Below are positions 10,626-18,799 of a DNA stretch of 64,000 nt, piece after piece. The DNA lies in NCBI GenBank assembly GCA_964566035.1, contig CAZMHH010000003.1, forward strand, positions 5,220-69,219, given 5' to 3'. A model generated the notes under the pieces. That model searched no databases and was not told the DNA's origin. It saw only the letters and a program-made list of their open reading frames with translations. Numbering within the stretch: the stretch's first letter is position 1; the number at the start of each line of letters is the position of its first letter. The translations under genes were made by a program, and so were the position numbers. The DNA is from an uncultured Thermodesulfobacteriota bacterium. GTDB lineage: Bacteria; Desulfobacterota; WTBG01; CAIYCZ01; CAIRTM01.

Positions 10626-12767
10626 TTAACCTCTATCCTCTATTTTTAACAGAAAAGTTCTTTCCTGAAAGTCATTGTTCTTTATATTGATTTTCCAGTG
10701 TAGCATAATTGTTGAACCCTGATATGTCAACTCAAAACCCTTCTCGGAACGGGAAACAGTCTTAAGGGGAAAACACCACAGCATCGCCATCTGATCAACA
10801 AAAAACTTTACTGCGAATCTTTCAGTTTCATTGCATGCCTCAAAACTCTCAATATTATGAAATTCTCCAGCAAAAGACATTGAGAGCTTTTCCTTCCATC
10901 CTGGAATTCTGAAATACCGTTCCGGGTCATTTTCTGCGAAATAGTTAAGATTGAACTCAACTCCAAACCACAAATCAAGATCCTTTTCTGAGCTGTTAAC
11001 GATTTTATATTTTGCGTGAATTTCCATTAAAGAATCATTTACGGTTATTTTTTTTTCCAGTCTTACAGCAGAATGTTTGTTGTTTTTGCTTACAAATCCA
11101 TCATTGGAAAGCGTAAAACAGACCTCTTGTCCGGATTTTTCAATTGCTGTCATTTTGTAGGAAGTTGTGGTAAAACTACCCAGTTCAGGATATCTGGAAA
11201 AGGAGAAGTTTTCAAGGGTAGTTTTATCGCCCAGGAAATGGTCTAAAAAAGAGAGTCTTCTATACCAATCATATGCAATAATTCCCTGAAAATCTTGGCG
11301 GATATGATCCGAGCCGTCTGTACCACCATGAGAATGTATCAGTTCCTCTGAACAGGTGTCTTTTAACTGACAATGATACCATTCCATATGTCTTGTCATG
11401 GTGTTGAGTAAATTAAATAAGTGTTTTTTGATATCAAGCTCAAACATTGCCCCGCCATATTCAGGCGAGAAATAAACATTGAGTTTTTTACCTGATATTA
11501 AAATATCTTCAGACTTTTTTCTGTGAAAATCATGAAGTGAAAATTCGATCCAGTTCTCAGAACCTTTGGAAAGACTGTCGAGATGATTTTCGCATTTTAT
11601 AAGATGGCGGTAAACCGCATGACGAAGATATCCAAGATAGACTCCTCCGAACATCCCGTGCCAGTAGGCGCATCCGGACTGACCCATATAAAGCTCTTGT
11701 CTTGCCTGATTTATGCTCTCTTCTGTTTTCGAAGATATTTCGATGCGGTCCAGTTTTTGGCTCAGCATTAACATTTTCTTATTCATATTATTGCTTTCAG
11801 GATATTTTGCAAGAAAGTTGTTCCATAATCCTGCATGAAGAAACTGAGAAAATGAGTCAAAAGAACCAAGCTGTTTTAGTTTTTCCCGGAAGTCATTATA
11901 AAGAACTCCTGCTTCTGCTGGAAGTGACCACTCCATCATTTCATCATAGGAAAGTGGGGGAAGATAAACCTGGCCTTCGGGCTTATGACTTTCCATGTAC
12001 TGGGAAAAAGTAAGGGTTTTTATCATGGCTCTGTTGTCTCCAAGAAGTCTAAAAAAAGATTCAAGCCAACCGTTTTCATAAACAAGGGAGTATGTGCCTG
12101 GCCACAGTCCGAACTTTTCTCCGTCATCTGCATAGCTAACAGCAACATCCTCAATATCGCTTGCAACATACCGAAGATAATCTATTGTTTTTTCGGGTTT
12201 TTCAAATGGGATTAAATACCTCAATTTTTGATGGATTGGAAAAACAGAAAGTATGTAACCCTCTTTTTCTGTAACATAATAACCCCTTATTTTTTCTTTC
12301 GGGATCCCTGTCCGGAGAAAAAGGGAGCTATCAAGGAGACTGTAACTGTGCCCTGCAAGACAGAGAATTTTGGGCAGAACGCTGTCCCATATCCTTTCAG
12401 GAATCCAGCAGCCTTCAGGATTTTTTTTGAAAATCTTTTTTATGCGCTGCCGCATCATTTTTATCTGCCCTATAGCATCAGTTTCCGGAATAGAGCAGAG
12501 GACGGGTTCATAAAATCCTCCCCCCATAATTTCAACCTGCCCCTTTTCTGAAAGGGTCTTTACTTTATCCAGAAAAACCTTTTCTTCAATTTCAAGCCAT
12601 TCAACCAGAGAGCCTGAAAGATGCAGGGTTGCCTTTACATAAGGAAACTTTTCAAGAATATTGATAAACGGAGAATAGGCTTTACGGAACGCCTGTTTTA
12701 GAACATGTTCCAGGTTGCCTACAGGCTGGTGACAGTGAACTCCAAATAAAAAGAAAACCTTTTTCAT
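10626..12767 (-). CDS. GH57 alpha-amylase / 4-alpha-glucanotransferase
   Basis: GH57 motifs HCHQP, GGGFYEP, WIPERIW (nucleophile Glu), DDGEKFG (acid/base Asp), YWHGMFGG. Confidence 0.92.
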   Translation of the reverse strand: MKKVFFLFGVHCHQPVGNLEHVLKQAFRKAYSPFINILEKFPYVKATLHLSGSLVEWLEIEEKVFLDKVKTLSEKGQVEIMGGGFYEPVLCSIPETDAIGQIKMMRQRIKKIFKKNPEGCWIPERIWDSVLPKILCLAGHSYSLLDSSLFLRTGIPKEKIRGYYVTEKEGYILSVFPIHQKLRYLIPFEKPEKTIDYLRYVASDIEDVAVSYADDGEKFGLWPGTYSLVYENGWLESFFRLLGDNRAMIKTLTFSQYMESHKPEGQVYLPPLSYDEMMEWSLPAEAGVLYNDFREKLKQLGSFDSFSQFLHAGLWNNFLAKYPESNNMNKKMLMLSQKLDRIEISSKTEESINQARQELYMGQSGCAYWHGMFGGVYLGYLRHAVYRHLIKCENHLDSLSKGSENWIEFSLHDFHRKKSEDILISGKKLNVYFSPEYGGAMFELDIKKHLFNLLNTMTRHMEWYHCQLKDTCSEELIHSHGGTDGSDHIRQDFQGIIAYDWYRRLSFLDHFLGDKTTLENFSFSRYPELGSFTTTSYKMTAIEKSGQEVCFTLSNDGFVSKNNKHSAVRLEKKITVNDSLMEIHAKYKIVNSSEKDLDLWFGVEFNLNYFAENDPERYFRIPGWKEKLSMSFAGEFHNIESFEACNETERFAVKFFVDQMAMLWCFPLKTVSRSEKGFELTYQGSTIMLHWKINIKNNDFQERTFLLKIEDRG

Positions 12768-12932
12768 TAGGGAAAACCTGTTAAGTTAGCAACAAAACAG
12801 CTGATAGGTTGATGACTAATAAGCAAACAGACATCAGATACACAAACCGTTTGTTGCTGTGTGGGGTAGCAAGCAAAAACAGATAAACCGTAAAAAAAAC
12901 AGTACCTGTTTAACATTTGAAAGTTAATATGT

Positions 12933-13292
12933 TTAGTGGTTTGTCTTTTCCTGCTTTTCCTGCTCTTCTTTGCATTTTATACAGAGTGTTGTCACTGGTC
13001 GGGCTTTGAGTCTCTGCTCTGATATATTTTCGCCGCATTCTTCGCACACATCATAGGTATTGTTTTCAATTCTTTCCAAAGCTGTCCTGATTTTTGGTAT
13101 GAGTTTTCTCTCTCTATCTCTTATTCTAAGGTCTCTGTTTCTATCGCTCTCAAGTGATGCCCTGTCGTTTGGATCGGGAAATGTTTCTTCATCAAGAGCC
13201 ATTACATTTACAGTCTCCTTGACCCCTGTTTCAAGTTCTGTGAGCATTGTGGTTAAATGTTTCCTGAAATAGTCTTTTTGTTTTTTGTTCAC
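12933..13292 (-). CDS. dksA: RNA polymerase-binding transcription factor DksA
   Basis: Coiled-coil tip DPNDRAS, C4 zinc finger CEEC...CIKC. GTG start with AAGGAG RBS, overlapping the moaC stop. Confidence 0.93.
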   Translation of the reverse strand: MNKKQKDYFRKHLTTMLTELETGVKETVNVMALDEETFPDPNDRASLESDRNRDLRIRDRERKLIPKIRTALERIENNTYDVCEECGENISEQRLKARPVTTLCIKCKEEQEKQEKTNH

Positions 13293-13801
13293 GGTTTATA
13301 CTCCTTGTTAAATTCCTTGATTGCCTTTTTCCTTTGAAAAAGCCCGCTTTTACCCCCGCTTTTTTCAAGAAGTCCAATATCTGATATGGTAATTTCCTTG
13401 TCCACGGATTTGCACATGTCATATACTGTAAGCCCTGCTATTGAGACCGCTGTCAAAGCCTCCATTTCAACCCCTGTTTTTCCTGTTATTTTAGCAGTTG
13501 CTCTTATCTCTATCTGGTTTTTACCCTGATTGGCAATAAAGTCCATTGATACAGAGGTCAGATTGAGCGGGTGACACATTGGTATCAGTTCAGAGGTTTT
13601 TTTTGCAGCCATTATGCCTGAGACCTGGGCAACGGCAAGGACATCTCCTTTTTTAATGTTTTTATCCATTATCATTTGAAAAGTTTCCTGTTTCATGGAA
13701 ACTGTTGCAGATGCAGTTGCTTCTCTCACAGTTTCAGGTTTTTGTGTAACATCCACCATAGTGGAGCGGCCTGATTTATCAAAATGAGTTAACTCACTCA
13801 T
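13289..13801 (-). CDS. moaC: Cyclic pyranopterin monophosphate synthase MoaC
   Basis: LTHFD...MVDV, LIPMCHPL, TGVEMEALT, YDMCK. Confidence 0.96.
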   Translation of the reverse strand: MSELTHFDKSGRSTMVDVTQKPETVREATASATVSMKQETFQMIMDKNIKKGDVLAVAQVSGIMAAKKTSELIPMCHPLNLTSVSMDFIANQGKNQIEIRATAKITGKTGVEMEALTAVSIAGLTVYDMCKSVDKEITISDIGLLEKSGGKSGLFQRKKAIKEFNKEYKP

Positions 13802-13994
13802 GCATACCTCCGATATTTAAATTGTCTTTATCCACGGTTTACCGCAGATACCGGGAACGGGTTATAACCAATAAGTTTATGGCGAATTCATCTGTTTGTT
13901 GCAAACTTTCAGCTACGGGATAAGTTGCTAACACTTCCTTTACCTATAACAAAAACAAAAAAGAGGTCAAGCTATATTTACTTTTTAAAACAGA

Positions 13995-14022
13995 TTGACA
14001 AATTCAGTGTATATTATATACT
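13995..14022 (+). promoter_or_regulatory. Putative sigma70 promoter of the CoA-transferase/WD40 operon
   Basis: TTGACA-N16-TATACT about 125 nt upstream of the ATG at 14147. Confidence 0.6.
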
Positions 14023-14146
14023 AAAACATTAAGAATTTTCACTAAATAAATTTGAGCCCAATCAGGATTTTTCTTTCGAGAGACATAAAAAAGAAACTGG
14101 TATATTTTAAAATTTATTATTAATTTTTAGTACTAAGGAGGAATGT

Positions 14147-15334
14147 ATGACGCGCGCACTGGAAGGTATTAAGGTTATTGATTTTTCAAGGGCTCTGGCA
14201 GGTCCATATTGTACAATGCTTCTTGCAGACATGGGAGCCGAGGTTGTTAAAATCGAAGTTCCAGGTTCAGGAGATGAATCAAGGGCATGGGGTCCTCCCT
14301 TTATAGAGGGAGAGGCAGCATATTTTTTGAGTATTAACCGAAATAAAAAAAGCATCACCTTGAACCTTAAAAATGAGAAAGCAAAAGCTATTGCACAGAA
14401 ACTTGTTGAGTCAGCTGATGTTTTGCTTGAGAGCAACAGACCCGGTGCAATGGAGAGACTTGGGCTTGGTTATGAAGATGTGAAAAAAATAAATCCAAAG
14501 ATAATTTATGCTTCAATTTCAGGTTTTGGACAGACAGGCCCATACAAGTCAAGGCCCGGGTTTGATCAGGTGCTTCAGGGTTATGGAGGTATAATGGGGC
14601 TTACAGGAGAAAAAGGAGGGGGACCTCTAAAAGTAGGAATAGCGGTGACAGATATTGCAACTGGGATGTTTGCAGCCATTGGAATTGTTACAGCCCTTTA
14701 TCACAGGCAGAAAACAGGAGTAGGACAGCATGTCGATGCGTCCATGCTTGACGGGCAGGTGTCATGGCTTACCTATCAGGCAGGCAGATATCTTGCTTCA
14801 GGTGAGGTTCCGCAGCGTATCGGTTCTGCACATCCTCTTATTGTTCCATATCAGGCTTTTGAAGCAAGCGATGGTTTTATAAATATTGGTGTTGGTAATG
14901 ATAATCTCTGGAAAAAATTCTGTGATGTTGCCGGACTTCAGGATATTGTGGATGACCCTAAATTTGTTACAAATTCAAAACGTGTTGAAAACCGTGATGC
15001 CGTTGTGGAGATAATTGCAAAGGTGATGAAAACAAAGACAATGCAGCAGTGGCTGGATATTTTAAATGATGCAGGCATTCCATGTGGCCCAATCTATACT
15101 GTTGATCAGGTGTTCAATGATCCGCAGGTTCTTGCGCGTGACATGTTGGTGGAAGTGGATCATCCAAAATGCGGCAGGATAAAGGTGACAGGGTGTCCGA
15201 TAAAACTCTCTGAAACCCCTGCTGAGGTTGTCACAGCTCCTCCAATGCTTGGGCAGCACAATGAGGAGATACTTAAAAAACTTGGATACAGTGAAAGTGA
15301 AATTGAAAAAATAAAAGAGGAAAAGGTTATATAA
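14147..15334 (+). CDS. Family III (CaiB/BaiF) CoA-transferase
   Basis: LEGIKVIDFSRALAGP, NRNKKSITLNLK, catalytic Asp in TDIATG. AGGAGG RBS. Confidence 0.93.
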   Translation: MTRALEGIKVIDFSRALAGPYCTMLLADMGAEVVKIEVPGSGDESRAWGPPFIEGEAAYFLSINRNKKSITLNLKNEKAKAIAQKLVESADVLLESNRPGAMERLGLGYEDVKKINPKIIYASISGFGQTGPYKSRPGFDQVLQGYGGIMGLTGEKGGGPLKVGIAVTDIATGMFAAIGIVTALYHRQKTGVGQHVDASMLDGQVSWLTYQAGRYLASGEVPQRIGSAHPLIVPYQAFEASDGFINIGVGNDNLWKKFCDVAGLQDIVDDPKFVTNSKRVENRDAVVEIIAKVMKTKTMQQWLDILNDAGIPCGPIYTVDQVFNDPQVLARDMLVEVDHPKCGRIKVTGCPIKLSETPAEVVTAPPMLGQHNEEILKKLGYSESEIEKIKEEKVI

Positions 15335-15335
15335 G

Positions 15336-17102
15336 TTGAAGATTGAAAAAAAACCTGAAAAAAAATTCGGCAAGGGCTGGATACTGAGTCTTAAGTATTC
15401 TCCTGACGGAAAAATACTTGGCGCCGCCACTTCTGTCGGGATATATCTTTTTGATGCACTAACATACAAAGAGAAACTTTTCCTGGATGGTCATTCTGAT
15501 TATGTCTCCACAATCTTTTTTTCGCCTGACGGAAAAACCCTTGTATCAGGCTCGGATGACACAAACATAAAAACATGGGATTTGGAAACCGGCAGGGAGG
15601 TAACAACCATTAAAGGCCATGCAGGTGGTTTGAACTCTGTACGGTTCAGTCCTGACGGGCTTTTTATTGTTTCCGGAGGTGAAGACAATGTTGTGAAACT
15701 ATGGGATGCCGTTACTGGAAAAGAGATTAGAACATTCAGGGGGCATACAAGCGATGTCAGTGCTGTAAGGTTCAGTCCGGACGGAAAACTTATAGCTTCC
15801 GGGTCTTATGACAACACTATCAGGGTTTGGGATTTGGAAACCGGCAGGGTGTTGCAGATTTTTAAGGGACACAGAAATGTTATAGAGTACATAGACTTTA
15901 GTCCGGATGGAGGGGTTATTGCTTCTGCCTCTGATGATATGACCATAAGATTGTGGAATGTGACAACCGCAGATGAAGTAAGGACTCTCGAGGGCCACAG
16001 AGATTTTGTGGTTACCCTTAGTTTTACCTCTGATGGAAAATATCTGCTTTCGGGTTCTGATGACGGTACGATAAAATTATGGGATGTTGCAACCGGAAGA
16101 GAAAAGAGAACCTATATTGGTCACAGAAGTTTTATCTGGGCTTTAAGTCTCAAACACGATGATAAGAGTTTTGCTACAGGTTCAAGAGACAATACAATAA
16201 AGTTCTGGAATATTGAAAAAAGCAAGCCAATTCACTCAATAGGAGATTTTACCAGGCAGGTCTGGTCTGTGAGGGCATGTCCAGACCTATCATGTATAGT
16301 TTCAGGTTCAAAAAGCCACTCTGTTGATATCTGGGACATAAATACAGGCCGGTTGAGAACATCTTTAAATGCACATAATGACGATGTTAACACACTCTGC
16401 TTCAGTCCTGATGGCAGACTGCTTGCCTCAGGTTCTGATGATTATACAATCAAGTTGTGGGAGACGGATACATGGAAGGAGAAGGCTGTCCTTTCAGGAC
16501 ATACCGATTATGTTGACTCTGTTGCTTTCAGCCCGGATGGTAAAACACTTATTTCAGGCTCGGATGACAACACAGTAAGACTTTGGAGCGTTGAAACGCT
16601 TGAAAACGTAAAAGTTCTCAAAGGGCATAACGGCTATGTATGGTCAGTTGCCTTTTCTCCTGACGGAGATAGGGCAGCATCAGGTTCATGGGATAATACG
16701 ATAAGATTATGGAATCTGGAGACAGGCTCTGCCGTGCATGTTCTTAAAGGACACGGGGGTTATGTATGGTCTCTTGTTTTTACAAACAGCGGCAAGCAGA
16801 TAATATCCGCATCTGATGATAAGACTATCCGGATTTGGGATGTTGAAGCAGGCAGTCTTAAAAAAAAATTCTTTGAAAGTGAAAATTCTGTATGGTGTAT
16901 TGCCCTGTCTTCTGACAACTCTCTTTTAGCTGCAGGGTGCGGAGAGAACCTGATAAATGTCTGGAGTTTTCCGGGTGGCAAATTATTGAAAACATTTGCA
17001 GGGCATACAAATATTGTAGAGTCGCTTCATTTCAGCTCTGATGGCTCATTTCTAGTGGCAGGCTCTGATGACGGAACATGTTCTCTGTGGAAAATAAAAT
17101 AG
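15336..17102 (+). CDS. WD40-repeat protein, 14 repeats (two 7-bladed propellers)
   Basis: Repeated GH...V..V.FSPDG..L.SGS.D.TI.LWD units; 14 blade ends counted. TTG start 1 nt after the upstream stop. Confidence 0.92.
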   Translation: MKIEKKPEKKFGKGWILSLKYSPDGKILGAATSVGIYLFDALTYKEKLFLDGHSDYVSTIFFSPDGKTLVSGSDDTNIKTWDLETGREVTTIKGHAGGLNSVRFSPDGLFIVSGGEDNVVKLWDAVTGKEIRTFRGHTSDVSAVRFSPDGKLIASGSYDNTIRVWDLETGRVLQIFKGHRNVIEYIDFSPDGGVIASASDDMTIRLWNVTTADEVRTLEGHRDFVVTLSFTSDGKYLLSGSDDGTIKLWDVATGREKRTYIGHRSFIWALSLKHDDKSFATGSRDNTIKFWNIEKSKPIHSIGDFTRQVWSVRACPDLSCIVSGSKSHSVDIWDINTGRLRTSLNAHNDDVNTLCFSPDGRLLASGSDDYTIKLWETDTWKEKAVLSGHTDYVDSVAFSPDGKTLISGSDDNTVRLWSVETLENVKVLKGHNGYVWSVAFSPDGDRAASGSWDNTIRLWNLETGSAVHVLKGHGGYVWSLVFTNSGKQIISASDDKTIRIWDVEAGSLKKKFFESENSVWCIALSSDNSLLAAGCGENLINVWSFPGGKLLKTFAGHTNIVESLHFSSDGSFLVAGSDDGTCSLWKIK

Positions 17103-17207
17103 CAGTTTAGCTAATACCTCCTTAGTGAAAAAGAGTAAGTTCAGCCGGTGCTTAACAGCCCTGATTGAACCTGTATACTTATAATTAAACAAAAACAGTT
17201 TCTATCC

Positions 17208-18677
17208 ATGAGTTCTGTTGCAGCAGTAGTTTTTAATGATTGTGATGACTATATTACAGAAGATATATTAAGAGTCTTTTTAAAACTAACCACTTTTGAA
17301 AAGATTTTTTTTGTTTCCAGGCACAAGAAGACTATAAACATTGAGAACATTCAGACTATTGTCACAGATTATCCTTTCGGCGGTGAAACAATAGAACGCG
17401 TTATTGAAAGAGTTTCCGGCTGTGCATATATCATGATTGTTGACACCCCTTCCGGACTTGATATCCTTCCCCGAGAGCTGGACTCTTTTCTGCAATATGC
17501 TCATGAAAAAGAGGGAAGCCTTTATTACTGCGACTATTATTTCAAGGATAGAACCCCCTCCTCTGTGAGACAGACAATAGATTATCAGGTGGGCAGCATA
17601 AGGGATGATTTTTCATTCGGCCCCATCCAGCTTTTTTCAACGGAAAAAATAAAGAATTCGTTCAGCCGTTTTGGTGGTTTGAAACCTTCGAAATGGGCGG
17701 GTCTTTATGAACTCAGGCTCAGAGTCTCTCTTGAAGCGAAGGTTGTAAGAATCCCGTTTCCGCTATGCTGCCATGAAAGGTATGAAAAAAAATCACTCTT
17801 TGGCTATGTTGACAGGAAAAACCTTCAATATCAGAAAGAGATGGAAATAGCGGCATCAGATCATCTTAAAAAAATCATAGCATACTGCAACCATGACTAT
17901 CTCGATACTCCGTCTGAGGATAGAAAATACCCAGTTGAAGCAAGTGTTGTAATACCGGTTAAAAACAGGGAAAAGACAATATCGGATGCAGTAATGAGCG
18001 CCTTAAATCAGAAGACAGATTTTGATTTTAATGTTATAGTTGTTCAAAACCACTCTAATGACAAAACAGGCGATATTGTTGATAATGTTTCAAAGAAAAA
18101 TCCGAAAGTAATCCACCTTGTCCCTAATCATCTGGATTTAAAAATCGGAGGGTGCTGGAATGAGGCGGTAATGTCTCCCCATTGCGGACGATATGTCTGT
18201 CAGCTTGACTCTGATGATCTTTATAGTTCCGATAAAACACTTCAGAGAGTTATAAATCTTTTCAGAGAGGGAATCTATGGTATTGTGGTCGGATCATACA
18301 GAACAGTAAATTTTGAGCTTCAGAATATTCCTCCCGGAATTGTTGATCACAGGGAATGGACAGATGACAATGGAAGAAACAACCTGCTCAGGGTTCATGG
18401 AATAGGTGCTCCAAGGGCTTTTCCTTCAAACCTTTTAAGGATGTTCCCTTTTCCAGATGAAAGCTATGGAGAGGATTATGCCGTGTGTCTCAGAATATCA
18501 AGGGATTACAGGGTTGGCAGAATATATGACCCCATATATCTATGCCGTCGCTGGGAGGACAATACAGATTCTGACATTTCTTTTGAACAGAGCAACAGAA
18601 ATGATTTTTTCAAGGACCTGCTTCGTTCTAAGGAAATATATGAAAGAAAGAACAGAAATTCGGCTAATAGAGCATAG
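17208..18677 (+). CDS. Glycosyltransferase family 2 protein (degenerate N-terminal GT-like half plus C-terminal GT2)
   Basis: ASVVIPVKNR, QLDSDDLY (DxD), GEDY motif. Confidence 0.85.
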   Translation: MSSVAAVVFNDCDDYITEDILRVFLKLTTFEKIFFVSRHKKTINIENIQTIVTDYPFGGETIERVIERVSGCAYIMIVDTPSGLDILPRELDSFLQYAHEKEGSLYYCDYYFKDRTPSSVRQTIDYQVGSIRDDFSFGPIQLFSTEKIKNSFSRFGGLKPSKWAGLYELRLRVSLEAKVVRIPFPLCCHERYEKKSLFGYVDRKNLQYQKEMEIAASDHLKKIIAYCNHDYLDTPSEDRKYPVEASVVIPVKNREKTISDAVMSALNQKTDFDFNVIVVQNHSNDKTGDIVDNVSKKNPKVIHLVPNHLDLKIGGCWNEAVMSPHCGRYVCQLDSDDLYSSDKTLQRVINLFREGIYGIVVGSYRTVNFELQNIPPGIVDHREWTDDNGRNNLLRVHGIGAPRAFPSNLLRMFPFPDESYGEDYAVCLRISRDYRVGRIYDPIYLCRRWEDNTDSDISFEQSNRNDFFKDLLRSKEIYERKNRNSANRA

Positions 18678-18799
18678 CCAAAGATAAAAAGAGATTCAGG
18701 ATTAAAGTTGTATGCTGCTACCCGTTTTTTTAATAATTATTCTATTCTGTTTTTTATCATGGTTTTAATTTATTAATTAGTCGCGAGAGGGGGTATGTT

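Noticed and set aside
13825-13840. TTATCCACG, a one-mismatch DnaA box
   Set aside because: Single imperfect copy, with no box cluster or dnaA context.
14000-14025. TGTATA-TTATA core resembling a dif site
   Set aside because: The XerC and XerD arms do not match, and the sequence is better explained as a -10 region.
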